From Schaalia meyeri (GTDB lineage Bacteria; Actinomycetota; Actinomycetes; Actinomycetales; Actinomycetaceae), in the NCBI RefSeq assembly GCF_900105015.1, contig NZ_FNLK01000005.1:330001-362000 (forward strand): a DNA stretch of 32,000 nucleotides, given 5' to 3'. Positions 1 through 8,471 of the stretch are shown here, piece by piece. A program made the translations under genes and the position numbers. Below the pieces are notes generated by a model that saw nothing but the letters and a program-made list of their open reading frames with translations, made no database searches and had not been told where the DNA came from. Within the stretch, counting starts at the first letter, position 1, and each line of letters opens with the position of its first letter.

Positions 1-74
1 GTTCGCGCACCGCTCAGTTCGAACACACAATCGTCGTCACCGAAGAAGGGGCAGAGATCCTCACCCTCGCCTGA
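1..74 (+). CDS. map: Methionine aminopeptidase type I, C-terminal fragment (5' end lies outside the window)
   Basis: Frame 3 reads SRTAQFEHTIVVTEEGAEILTLA then TGA at 72-74. The AQ[FY]EHT[IV]vVTe.G.EILT string is the characteristic MetAP C-terminus. Only 23 aa are visible. Confidence 0.7.
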   Translation, partial: SRTAQFEHTIVVTEEGAEILTLA

Positions 75-85
75 TCGCGTCGCAC

Positions 86-124
86 GCAACCCGCTTCCGA
101 CTCTCACAGCCCGAAGCGGGTTGC
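86..124 (+). terminator. Stem-loop downstream of map (12-bp stem GCAACCCGCTTC / GAAGCGGGTTGC, 15-nt loop)
   Basis: Perfect inverted repeat read directly, 12 nt after the map stop. There is no clear U-tract. Confidence 0.45.
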
Positions 125-213
125 GCCACAGTCGGTGGCATCCCCTATACTTCAGGTAAGTCGGGCATCAGGGGCCCGCATACAACAGCACATACATCAC
201 CCAAGGAGGGGTC

Positions 214-966
214 ATGGCTCAGGTCGCTTGCGGCATCGATATCGGAGGATCGGGCGTCAAAGGTGCGCTGGTCGATCTGGAATCCGGCCAGTACATCGGG
301 GATCAGATTCGCATTCCCACTCCTGACCCGGCAACCCCCGAAGCCGTGGCGGACGTGTGTCGTGCCGTCATCGACCAGCTCGACGTGAAGCCCGAAGTGC
401 CGATCGGCGTGACCTTTCCGGCTCCGGTTTTTGACGGCGTTATCCCCTACATGGCCAACCTTGACCAGTCGTGGGTTGACGTGGATGTGCGCGCCCTCAT
501 GGAACGCCACCTGGGTCGCCCGGTCGTCCCCCTCAACGATGCGGATGCCGCGGGTATGGCCGAGGTCGCCTACGGCGCGGCCAAGGGCCACGATGGCGTC
601 ATCGTCTTCACCACGCAGGGCACGGGCATCGGTTCCGCGATTATCGTCAACGGTACCCTGCTGACCAACACCGAACTGGGTCACCTCGAAATCGATGGGC
701 ACGACGCCGAGAAGATGGCCTCCTCCGGGCAAAAGACTGTGCAGGGCCTGAACTGGGACCAGTGGGCACAGCGCCTCCAACGCTACTACAGCCACGTCGA
801 ATTCTTGCTCAATCCCGACCTGTTCGTCGTCGGCGGTGGCGTCTCGGAAAACCACGAGAAATTCATGCCTCTCCTGTCGCTGAAGACCCCCATGATCCCG
901 GCGAAGCTGCTCAATACAGCGGGCATCGTCGGCGCCGCCTACTATGCGGCGCACGGGCGCGCGTGA
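214..966 (+). CDS. ppgK: Polyphosphate glucokinase (ROK family)
   Basis: 250-aa ORF. The N-terminus ACGIDIGGSGVKGALVDL matches the ROK/PPGK ATPase motif, and length and GHLEIDG region fit. Shine-Dalgarno (SD) sequence AAGGAGGGG lies 3 nt before the ATG. Confidence 0.85.
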   Translation: MAQVACGIDIGGSGVKGALVDLESGQYIGDQIRIPTPDPATPEAVADVCRAVIDQLDVKPEVPIGVTFPAPVFDGVIPYMANLDQSWVDVDVRALMERHLGRPVVPLNDADAAGMAEVAYGAAKGHDGVIVFTTQGTGIGSAIIVNGTLLTNTELGHLEIDGHDAEKMASSGQKTVQGLNWDQWAQRLQRYYSHVEFLLNPDLFVVGGGVSENHEKFMPLLSLKTPMIPAKLLNTAGIVGAAYYAAHGRA

Positions 967-982
967 ACTGGCGCTAGAAAGC

Positions 983-1014
983 AGAAGGACCCCGACTCAC
1001 ATCGGGGTCCTTCT
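983..1014. terminator. Bidirectional hairpin shared by ppgK (+) and rnpB (-)
   Basis: 13-bp perfect stem AGAAGGACCCCGA / TCGGGGTCCTTCT with a 6-nt loop. It sits 17 nt after the ppgK stop and directly abuts the rnpB 3' end. On the minus strand it is followed by GCTTTCT. Confidence 0.6.
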
Positions 1015-1015
1015 C

Positions 1016-1382
1016 GGATCTGTCGACCTGTACGCCGGGTTCTGTCCCCCAGGCCGTTACCGGCACTAGGGTGGCGACCATCTATCTAGGACCGCCGTTG
1101 CCGACGGCCTCCAGCAACCTACCCGCAGGCATCGGACGGGCCGCCCTGCCTGCTGCTCGGTCTTGCTCCGGGTGGGGTTTACCTAGCCGACGCGGTCACC
1201 CACGCCGCTGGTGAGCTCTTACCTCACCTTTTCACCCTTACCGCCACTGTCCGTGGAGGTGGTTTCTTTTCTGTGGCACTGTCCCGCGGGTTACCCCGGG
1301 TGGCTGTTAGCCATCACCCTGCCCTGCGGAGCCCGGACGTTCCTCGAGCGTTTCCGCGCGCGGCCGCCCGGCCGACCGATCC
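1016..1382 (-). ncRNA. rnpB: RNase P RNA, bacterial type A
   Basis: The minus strand carries the universally conserved blocks GAGGAACGTCCGGGCTCC (P4 5' side), ACAGAAAAGAAACCACCTCC, GGTAAACCCCACCCGGAGCAAGACCGAG and ACAGAACCCGGCGTAC (P4 3' side). The termini GGATCGGTCGGCC and GTCGACAGATCC can pair as P1. The ends are approximate to within a few nt. Confidence 0.92.
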
Positions 1383-1388
1383 TCCACA

Positions 1389-1394
1389 ATTCTA
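1389..1394 (-). promoter_or_regulatory. Putative -10 hexamer (TAGAAT) for rnpB
   Basis: The minus strand reads TAGAAT-TGTGGA-GGATCGG. This places the hexamer 6 nt upstream of the predicted P1 5' end. The -35 is weak. Confidence 0.35.
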
Positions 1395-1764
1395 GCGCCC
1401 GCAGTCGGTGGCGCGATAGGGGTGTGTGCACGCTGGTCTGGTTGCCCCGGGAACGCGCTCGCACCCCGGCTGTTCACCGGTCCTTCTTGCAGCCATCGAG
1501 TTATGTGCGCCGAAGCCTGCCATCAGATCACCGTCGATGCACGTTCAGAGCCGTACCTGCTGCCTGCAAGGTTCCCTGGGCACGCGCGTGCGAGCTGTGC
1601 GTCGAACGGTTGAAATAATTGTGGCAACGAGAAGCCGACGAAGCGCGGCGGATCAACTCGCACAGTTACATTGGTCACGAACTGATAGGTACGCTATTCT
1701 TTTTCCGGAACCTGCAGGGTGCAGGCCGGGCCGAGAAATCGGCCACGAAGCGGAAACCTGAGGC

Positions 1765-3102
1765 ATGATCAACGAAGACTATCTGGCCAACATTCGACCC
1801 ACCCATCGCCAGCTTGAGTGGCAAAAGATGGAGATGTACGCGTTCATCCATTTCGGCATGAACACGATGACCGACCGCGAGTGGGGCGAGGGCCACGAGG
1901 ATCCGGCCCTCTTCAACCCGGATAGCGTTGACGTTGATCAGTGGATGCGAGCCCTCGTCAGCGCCGGCATGACCGGCGTGATTTTAACCTGCAAACACCA
2001 CGACGGCTTTTGCCTGTGGCCGTCTGCCTACACGGCGCACACGGTCGCTTCGTCGCCCTGGCGCGGCGGGCGCGGCGACCTCGTGCGCGAGGTGTCGGAA
2101 GCGGCGGCCCGCCACGGTCTGAAGTTCGGCATCTACCTGTCTCCGTGGGACATGACCGAGGAAACGTACGGGCAGGGCCGGGCCTACAACGATTTCTACA
2201 TCAACCAGCTGATTGAGCTGCTCACCCACTACGGTCCGGTTTTTTCGGTGTGGCTCGACGGCGCGTGTGGCGAAGGCCCCAACGGAAAGACCCAGGTTTA
2301 CGACTGGGAGCGCATTTACGACACCGTGCGCGCACTGGCGCCCGAAGCCGTGATCTCCGTGTGCGGTCCGGACGTCCGCTGGTGTGGGAACGAGGCGGGC
2401 AGCGTGCGCACGAACGAGTGGTCTGTCGTTCCCGCGTCTTTGCGCGAGGCCGAGCGCACCGCCAAAAACTCCCAGAAGATCGACGACGGCGAGTTTTCGC
2501 GCCGAGTAGCCAGCGCAGACGAGGACCTGGGATCACGCGATGCGCTGACGAAGTACCGCGGCCCGCTCGCGTGGTATCCCGCCGAAGTCAACACCTCCAC
2601 GCGCAGGGGTTGGTTCCACCACGATGCCGAAGACACACAGGTGCGCAGCGTCGACGAGCTGTTTTCCATTTGGCTGGGTTCGGTCGGAGGCAATGCGACG
2701 TTCCTGCTCAACGTCCCACCCAACCGGCACGGGCTCCTGGCTCAATCCGACGTAAATGTGCTCGCCCAGCTGGGAGAGAAGATCGCTCACTTCCGCTCGC
2801 GCAGGATCAGGGCCTTACGCGAGGATATCGACGATGGCGTAACGCTGCGCTTCGAGGCCGACCGCCGGGTCAGCGCCGTAGTCCTCGAAGAGGACATCGC
2901 CCGCGGGCAGCGCATCGACGAGGCCGTGGTGACTGCGTGCGACGAGACGGGTGGCGAACAGGAAATTGCGCGCGTCCGCTCGGTGGGCTATCGCAGGATC
3001 GTCACACTGCCCTCCCCCGTTACCGCCACCGAGATCCGTGTGAAGGTCACGAGAGACCGGCAGGGTTTCTACCTCGCGGACGTCTACGCGATCGAGGCGT
3101 AG
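1765..3102 (+). CDS. Alpha-L-fucosidase, glycoside hydrolase family 29, no signal peptide
   Basis: 445 aa. RQLEWQKMEMYAFIHFGMNTMTDREWG, TCKHHDGFCLWPS and KFGIYLSPWD are typical GH29 catalytic-domain blocks. A C-terminal beta-sandwich-like tail is present. Confidence 0.85.
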   Translation: MINEDYLANIRPTHRQLEWQKMEMYAFIHFGMNTMTDREWGEGHEDPALFNPDSVDVDQWMRALVSAGMTGVILTCKHHDGFCLWPSAYTAHTVASSPWRGGRGDLVREVSEAAARHGLKFGIYLSPWDMTEETYGQGRAYNDFYINQLIELLTHYGPVFSVWLDGACGEGPNGKTQVYDWERIYDTVRALAPEAVISVCGPDVRWCGNEAGSVRTNEWSVVPASLREAERTAKNSQKIDDGEFSRRVASADEDLGSRDALTKYRGPLAWYPAEVNTSTRRGWFHHDAEDTQVRSVDELFSIWLGSVGGNATFLLNVPPNRHGLLAQSDVNVLAQLGEKIAHFRSRRIRALREDIDDGVTLRFEADRRVSAVVLEEDIARGQRIDEAVVTACDETGGEQEIARVRSVGYRRIVTLPSPVTATEIRVKVTRDRQGFYLADVYAIEA

Positions 3103-3105
3103 CCT

Positions 3106-3849
3106 TCAGCGCGGGGTGTCCGCCGCCGTCCGCACGACAATCTGTGCCGTTTCTTCAGTCAGGTACAGTTCGTCGGCGGGCGTGAGGCGGATACTTTCTA
3201 GTTCCATTGGGCTCAGGTCCGCAGCGACGCCGATACCGTAACCGTCGCGCACCTCGATGACCGCCAGCGCACCGTTGAGGCGGCGCGCCTCCTCGTATTC
3301 CTCGAGAAGAGCCCCCGGCAGGCGGTCCACGAGCTCACGGCGTGAAGCGATAACGTGACGCAGTTCCTCGTCGGTCTCGGCGACGTCGGCCTGGAATTGT
3401 GCCTTGAGGCGCTCGATATCATCGGTGATCGCCCGCGCCTCTGCTTTCATTTTCTCCTGCGCGGTGCGCGCCGCCTCCACGCGTTCTTCGGCGTCGATTT
3501 GATCGTCCTCAAGCTTGGCCAATCGACGGTCCATCTGCGCGATCTCATGCTCCATCGCCGAGATATCGCGCAGGGGTACCTGATTAGCATCAATGCGTCC
3601 CCGCTGACGCTGACGGCGCTCGCTCACCTTGGCTATCTCGTCCTCGATGCGCGTCACCTCGCGTCCGGTGTCTGAGATGACGGCGTTCTGGCTGACCGCA
3701 GCTCGCTGTAGGTCCGCGACGCGCCCCGCGAACTCGCGGACGATCGCGTGCGCGGGATGCGAGTCGCGCTTGTGCCGCAGCGCCGACTCTTTCTGGTCAA
3801 GCTTTTGCAGTTCGAGAAGGTCAAGCTGGTCGGTGTGCGTCGCTTTCAC
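3106..3849 (-). CDS. COG1579/DUF164-family coiled-coil protein (Rv2229c-like) with a degenerate zinc-ribbon tail
   Basis: The track ORF is 300 aa. I place the start at GTG 3849, where SD AGGGAG lies 7 nt upstream and a GTGA overlap meets the nif3 stop, giving 247 aa. The protein has a long heptad-rich body and sits immediately downstream of nif3, as in other actinobacteria. Confidence 0.7.
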   Translation of the reverse strand: MKATHTDQLDLLELQKLDQKESALRHKRDSHPAHAIVREFAGRVADLQRAAVSQNAVISDTGREVTRIEDEIAKVSERRQRQRGRIDANQVPLRDISAMEHEIAQMDRRLAKLEDDQIDAEERVEAARTAQEKMKAEARAITDDIERLKAQFQADVAETDEELRHVIASRRELVDRLPGALLEEYEEARRLNGALAVIEVRDGYGIGVAADLSPMELESIRLTPADELYLTEETAQIVVRTAADTPR

Positions 3850-4760
3850 GCTAGTTCTCCCTGGGTAACTCGGTGGCTGGTCCACGGCTCGGTGACAATC
3901 GTAGAGACTTCGACACAAACTTCCACGCCGGCATTCGCCGCCGCTGCTCTCAGGCGCCGCGCCAGGACAGGAAGCCACGGGGATTCCGTCGCCCAGTGCG
4001 AGCCGCACAAAAGTGCGGGAGAACCGCCTTCGAGGTGCTCTGAGGCGGGATGGTGACGCAGATCCGCCGTCAGGTATACGTCGGCGCCTGCTTCGCGAGC
4101 GGCCTCGAGAGCGCTGTCCCCCGCCCCGCCAAGAACCGCCACGCGACGCACCCGCATTGCCTCGTCCCCTCCGACCAACAGGCCAGTTGGGCCCGCCGGA
4201 AGCACCGCGGCAACGTGGTCGGCGAGGGCGCCGAGGGTCGTTTCATCCACGTTACCCACCCGCCCCAGGCCGATGTCGTGGCCGTCGGCGTCAATGCCGC
4301 TGGGCTCCAGGGGGGTGGCCTCGCGCAGACCGATCAGATCCGCCAGGGCCGTCGCGACGCCGTCGCAGGCGACATCGGCATTCGTGTGGGCGTTGAAGAG
4401 TGCGATGCCCGAGCGGATCAGCGTGGTCACGACGGCACCCTTCGGGTCTGAGACGGGAAGGAAGGAGGCACCACGAAGCAGGAGCGGGTGGTGGGTGATG
4501 ACCATGTCGAAGCAGTCGCCGCCACCGTCGGGTCCGGCCACTGCCTGGGCGGCGACCATTGCAGTCGGGTCGAGCGCGAGCAGGATCGATTTCGCGGGCG
4601 CGCCCGGGTCCCCGACGATGAGGCCAACGCGGTCCCAAGACTGAGCGGTTTCCGCCGGATACCACGACTCCATCAGGGCCATGACATCGCCGACTGTCCA
4701 CGAATTTGACGCGGAGTCGACGTCTGTGGCAGCAAGGGGGAGGTGAGTGGAAGACTGCAT
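3846..4760 (-). CDS. Nif3-like dinuclear metal centre protein (GTP cyclohydrolase 1 type 2 homologue)
   Basis: Motifs SWDRVGLIVGDP, ITHHPLL, FNAHTNADV and TADLRHH are present. Start chosen at ATG 4760 (MQSST...); the longer ORF start at 4817 would run into lipB. Confidence 0.85.
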   Translation of the reverse strand: MQSSTHLPLAATDVDSASNSWTVGDVMALMESWYPAETAQSWDRVGLIVGDPGAPAKSILLALDPTAMVAAQAVAGPDGGGDCFDMVITHHPLLLRGASFLPVSDPKGAVVTTLIRSGIALFNAHTNADVACDGVATALADLIGLREATPLEPSGIDADGHDIGLGRVGNVDETTLGALADHVAAVLPAGPTGLLVGGDEAMRVRRVAVLGGAGDSALEAAREAGADVYLTADLRHHPASEHLEGGSPALLCGSHWATESPWLPVLARRLRAAAANAGVEVCVEVSTIVTEPWTSHRVTQGELA

Positions 4761-4829
4761 GCGACAAGCATACCGGAGCACCGACAAGCAAGGGACCTTG
4801 CCCGCGACTATGATCACACCGTGCAGATT

Positions 4830-5498
4830 ATGAACCTACTCGATCACGGCCTGGTGGACTATACGCAGGTCGACGCACTGCAACGATCCGTGCACGAGGA
4901 GGTCCTCGCGGGTGGCGAGGACACGATTATCGTTTCTGAGTTCACCCCCACGTGGACGGCCGGGCGTCACACGAAGCCGCAGGATATCCCGTCCACGACG
5001 GTCCCCGTTATCCACACGGATCGCGCCGGGTCCGCGACCTGGCACGGTCCCGGCCAGCTCGTTGTCTACCCCGTCGTGCGTCTGGCCGAGCCCACCGACC
5101 TAGTGGCGTGGATTCGCGCGGTTGAAGCCTCGGTTATCGACACGATTCGGCACGCATGGGATCTGCCGGCTCGCCGGGTGGAGGGGCGCGCGGGCGCATG
5201 GCTGACCGAGGAGGGGCGCCGCGACCGCAAGATTTGCGCGATCGGTCTCAGGGTCGCGCGGGGTGCGACCCTGCACGGCGTGGCGCTGAACGTCAACATT
5301 GACCGGGCAAGCGCTTTCGAGGGGATCATTCCCTGCGGACTTACCGACGCGGATGTGACGTCGCTGTCATGGGAGGGGGTTTTAACGAGCGTCGCCGACG
5401 CCGCGAATGAGCTTATTCCACGCATGGTGGCCCGCATTTCCCCGTGCCTGGCCGCGACCCCTTCTTCCATCACCCACGCATCGAGGTCACCGCTATGA
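4830..5498 (+). CDS. lipB: Lipoyl(octanoyl) transferase
   Basis: [44 protein letters not shown] and IIPCGL blocks are present. Start chosen at ATG 4830 (MNLLDHG). The stop overlaps the lipA start (ATGA). Confidence 0.9.
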   Translation: MNLLDHGLVDYTQVDALQRSVHEEVLAGGEDTIIVSEFTPTWTAGRHTKPQDIPSTTVPVIHTDRAGSATWHGPGQLVVYPVVRLAEPTDLVAWIRAVEASVIDTIRHAWDLPARRVEGRAGAWLTEEGRRDRKICAIGLRVARGATLHGVALNVNIDRASAFEGIIPCGLTDADVTSLSWEGVLTSVADAANELIPRMVARISPCLAATPSSITHASRSPL

Positions 5499-6562
5499 GT
5501 ACGCTGCCCGATCCCGAGGGGCGTAAGCTCTTGCGCATCGAGGCGCGTAACTCTCTTACGCCCATCGAGAAGAAACCCGAGTGGATTCGCACGACCGCGA
5601 ATACTGGCGCGAACTACCGGGATATGCGCTCACTGTCGCACGCGAAGGGCCTGCATACGGTGTGCGCGGAGGCGGGTTGTCCCAATATCTACGAATGCTG
5701 GCAGGATCGCGAAGCGACGTTCCTGCTTGGCGGCGCCCTGTGTACTAGGCGCTGCGACTTCTGTGACATCGCGACGGGACGCCCAAGCAAGTATGACGAG
5801 GACGAGCCATGCCGTATCGCCGAGTCGGTGCGGGACCTGGAACTGCGCTACGTGACAATCACGGGCGTGGCTCGAGACGACCTGCCGGACGGGGCGGCTA
5901 GGCTCTACGCGCAAACATGCCGTCTCATCCACGAGCTGAACCCGGGGACGGGCGTCGAGCTCCTGGTCGACGACTTCCGAGGACGAAGCGAATCGATCGA
6001 CATGGTGATCGAGGCCGCCCCGCAGGTGTTTGCTCATAACCTGGAGACTGTTCCGCGCATCTTCAAGCAGATCCGCCCCGCCTTTGATTATGAGCGGTCG
6101 CTGGCGATGATTCGGCGCGCCCATGACGGGGGCATGGTGACGAAGTCGAACCTGATCCTGGGATTGGGCGAGACGCGCGAGGAGATCAGCGCGGCCATGG
6201 GTGACCTGCACGACGCGGGTTGCGACCTGCTGACACTCACGCAGTACCTGCGTCCCTCTCCTCTGCATCACCCGATCGATCGTTGGCTTCACCCCGAGGA
6301 GTTTTTGGAGATGGCCGCCGAGGCCGAGGAGAGGGGCTTTGCCGGTGTGATGGCCGGACCGCTGGTGCGCTCGTCGTATCGCGCCGGACTGCTGTGGGCC
6401 AAGGGCATGCGTGCCCGCAGGTTTGAGATTCCGAGCCAGCTGCGCCACATCGCGGACTCGGGTTCGACCCTGCAGGAAGCGGGTTCTGTTCTGGAACGCC
6501 TCAGGCAGCGTTCGGAGCGGCGTTCGGCATTGGCGGCAACCAGGGCACAATCCGCGTCGTAA
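5495..6562 (+). CDS. lipA: Lipoyl synthase (radical SAM)
   Basis: [13 protein letters not shown]-type and [10 protein letters not shown] cysteine clusters are present, with an RSSY motif near the C-terminus. Start at ATG 5495 is coupled to the lipB stop. A ~40-aa basic C-terminal tail follows. Confidence 0.95.
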   Translation: MSTLPDPEGRKLLRIEARNSLTPIEKKPEWIRTTANTGANYRDMRSLSHAKGLHTVCAEAGCPNIYECWQDREATFLLGGALCTRRCDFCDIATGRPSKYDEDEPCRIAESVRDLELRYVTITGVARDDLPDGAARLYAQTCRLIHELNPGTGVELLVDDFRGRSESIDMVIEAAPQVFAHNLETVPRIFKQIRPAFDYERSLAMIRRAHDGGMVTKSNLILGLGETREEISAAMGDLHDAGCDLLTLTQYLRPSPLHHPIDRWLHPEEFLEMAAEAEERGFAGVMAGPLVRSSYRAGLLWAKGMRARRFEIPSQLRHIADSGSTLQEAGSVLERLRQRSERRSALAATRAQSAS

Positions 6563-6858
6563 TCCCGACTATTCGCCCGCGCCAGCGTCGGTGTTGGCGA
6601 AGCACCCCGGCCCCGATCGCCTCGCCCTAACCGGCGTGGCGCGTCCGCGTTATTCGCGTCGCGCTGCGCCACTACCCCTCGCGCCGTGAAGCTGACGCAC
6701 GAGGTCTTGTGGCGGGATTCGAAGACAATTCTTCGATCCGCTCGCGGCGGCCAGCTCGTGGTCGCATTGAAACAAATATACTTAGGCGTGCCTTACCTCA
6801 CAATGCTCTTGCGTCATAAATTAGTAAGATTAACCTTGCTAAATTGAAGGAGAGTCTT

Positions 6859-8226
6859 ATGTCCCGCCATCGCATTGTCATCATCGGTTCCGGTTTCGCA
6901 GGGCTTGCGGCCGCCCGTCGCCTGAGGAAGGCCGACGCCGACATCACCATCCTGGCTCGCACCTCCCACCACCTCTTCCAGCCCCTGCTCTACCAGGTGG
7001 CCACGGGCATCCTCTCCGAGGGCGACATCGCCCCCACCACGCGTGAGATTCTGCGCGGACAGAAGAACGCAACCGTACTGCAGGCCCTCGTCGAGGACAT
7101 CGACATCGACGCGCGCATCGTGAAGTGGCGCAACCACAATGAATACGCCCAGACGCCCTACGACACGCTCATCGTCGCCGCCGGTGCGGGACAATCCTAC
7201 TTCGGCAACGACCACTTCGCTGTTTTCGCTCCCGGCATGAAGACGATCGACGACGCACTCGAACTGCGCGCGCGCATCTTCGGAGCGTTCGAGCAGGCCG
7301 AGATCGCCACCGACCAGGCTGATGTCGAGCGCCTGCTGACCTTTGTCGTCGTGGGTGCCGGCCCCACCGGCGTAGAGATGGCCGGACAGATCCGCGAACT
7401 CGCATCCAAGACTCTTCGGGGCGAGTTCCGTCGCATCGACCCGACGAAGGCACGCGTCATCCTGGTCGACGGAGCATCCCACCCGCTTCCCCCCTTCGGC
7501 GAAAAGCTCGGACTCAAGACTCAGCGTGCGCTGGAGAAGATGGGCGTCGAGATGAAGATGGACGCCTTCGTCACCGACGTTGACGCGGAGGGTGTCACCC
7601 TGAAATACGCCTCCGGCGAGGTCGAGACGATCAATGCCGTGTGCAAGGTGTGGGCGGCGGGCGTGTCCGCGAGTCCGCTGGGTCGCCTGCTGGGCGAGGC
7701 CACGGGTGCCGAGGTGGATCGTGCGGGACGCGTGAGCGTCAAGGCGGATTTGACCCTGCCGGATCATCCGGAGATCTTCGTCCTGGGCGACATGATGGCC
7801 TTCCCAGGCGTGCCCGGCGTCGCTCAGGGAGCAATCCAGTCAGCGCGCTTCGCCGCAGATACGATCAAGGCGCGCCTGGCGGGTCGCCCGCCCAGGGCCA
7901 CCGAGTTCACCTACTTCGACAAGGGATCGATGGCGACGATCGCCCGCTTTAGGGCCGTCGTCAAGATGGGAAACGTGCACCTAACGGGCTTTTCTGCGTG
8001 GGTGTCGTGGTGCTTCCTGCACCTGCTCTATATCGTCGGTTTCAAGTCGCAGGTGGGCACACTGGTGAACTGGTTTTTCAGTTTCCTCTCGGGCGCGCGT
8101 TCCCAGCGCACGACCACGAACCAGCAGCTGGTGGCCCGACTGGCCATGGAGCAACTGGGGGCGGGCGCCTCCGGAAAGCTCGTCGCGGGCCAACACGTCG
8201 TTGAGGAACTCTCCTCCGAGCAGTGA
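6859..8226 (+). CDS. ndh: Type II NADH:quinone oxidoreductase (NDH-2)
   Basis: RIVIIGSGFAGL and VVVGAGPTGVEMAG dinucleotide folds are present, plus the HLFQPLLYQVATG block. SD GAAGGAG lies 6 nt before ATG 6859; the track ORF begins at an upstream TTG. Confidence 0.9.
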   Translation: MSRHRIVIIGSGFAGLAAARRLRKADADITILARTSHHLFQPLLYQVATGILSEGDIAPTTREILRGQKNATVLQALVEDIDIDARIVKWRNHNEYAQTPYDTLIVAAGAGQSYFGNDHFAVFAPGMKTIDDALELRARIFGAFEQAEIATDQADVERLLTFVVVGAGPTGVEMAGQIRELASKTLRGEFRRIDPTKARVILVDGASHPLPPFGEKLGLKTQRALEKMGVEMKMDAFVTDVDAEGVTLKYASGEVETINAVCKVWAAGVSASPLGRLLGEATGAEVDRAGRVSVKADLTLPDHPEIFVLGDMMAFPGVPGVAQGAIQSARFAADTIKARLAGRPPRATEFTYFDKGSMATIARFRAVVKMGNVHLTGFSAWVSWCFLHLLYIVGFKSQVGTLVNWFFSFLSGARSQRTTTNQQLVARLAMEQLGAGASGKLVAGQHVVEELSSEQ

Positions 8227-8263
8227 CATGCGAGGCGCACACCCCCGCGCATAGACACGCCGA

Positions 8264-8291
8264 GGGGCCGGAAGCGCTCGCTTCCGGCCCC
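8264..8291. terminator. Hairpin between ndh (+) and tRNA-Val (-)
   Basis: 12-bp stem GGGGCCGGAAGC / GCTTCCGGCCCC with a 4-nt loop, 38 nt after the ndh stop and 11 nt beyond the tRNA 3' end. Confidence 0.6.
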
Positions 8292-8301
8292 GGACGTTTC
8301 G

Positions 8302-8375
8302 TGGGCCCTACCGGGCTCGAACCGATGACCTTCTGGGTGTAAACCAGACGCTCTAGCCAACTGAGCTAAAGGCCC
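8302..8375 (-). tRNA. tRNA-Val (anticodon TAC)
   Basis: The 74-nt cloverleaf was folded by hand. Acceptor GGGCCTT/AGGGCCC, D-arm GCTC-AGTTGGCTA-GAGC, anticodon stem TCTGG/CCAGA with loop TTTACAC, T-arm ATCGG-TTCGAGC-CCGGT, discriminator A. No encoded CCA. Confidence 0.95.
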
Positions 8376-8388
8376 CCACGCACGCGCC

Positions 8389-8394
8389 AATCTA
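8389..8394 (-). promoter_or_regulatory. Putative -10 hexamer (TAGATT) for tRNA-Val
   Basis: The minus strand reads TAGATT followed by 13 nt and then the mature tRNA 5' G. It lies just downstream of the 8402-8419 hairpin. Confidence 0.3.
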
Positions 8395-8401
8395 CCAGAT
8401 T

Positions 8402-8419
8402 AGGTGCCCGCGGGCACCT
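8402..8419 (-). terminator. Perfect 18-bp palindrome AGGTGCCCGCGGGCACCT downstream of the DUF3052 gene
   Basis: Read directly. It lies 53 nt after the DUF3052 stop, and the minus strand continues AATCTGG. It probably insulates DUF3052 from tRNA-Val. Confidence 0.45.
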
Positions 8420-8471
8420 CACACCTGAGCAGAAGCGCGCCCGCGCGCCCCGCCCTTGCCTCGGCGATTGG

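Noticed and set aside
129-139. The 11-mer CAGTCGGTGGC upstream of ppgK recurs at 1402-1412 upstream of rnpB, next to ATCCCCTAT / ATAGGGG. The two copies flank the ppgK-rnpB pair.
   Set aside because: A single 11-mer coincidence is expected many times by chance in 32 kb of biased composition. Relative to the two promoters the copies are in opposite orientation. There are no target-site-duplication or mobile-element features between them.
1211-1618. 135-aa ORF on the + strand
   Set aside because: Its first half lies on the complement of the RNase P RNA gene. The translation is Pro/Arg/Cys-rich and non-protein-like.
8302-8375. tRNA-Val as a possible integration hotspot
   Set aside because: No integrase is present, I noticed no duplicated tRNA 3' segment nearby, and both flanks are conserved core genes (ndh, DUF3052).
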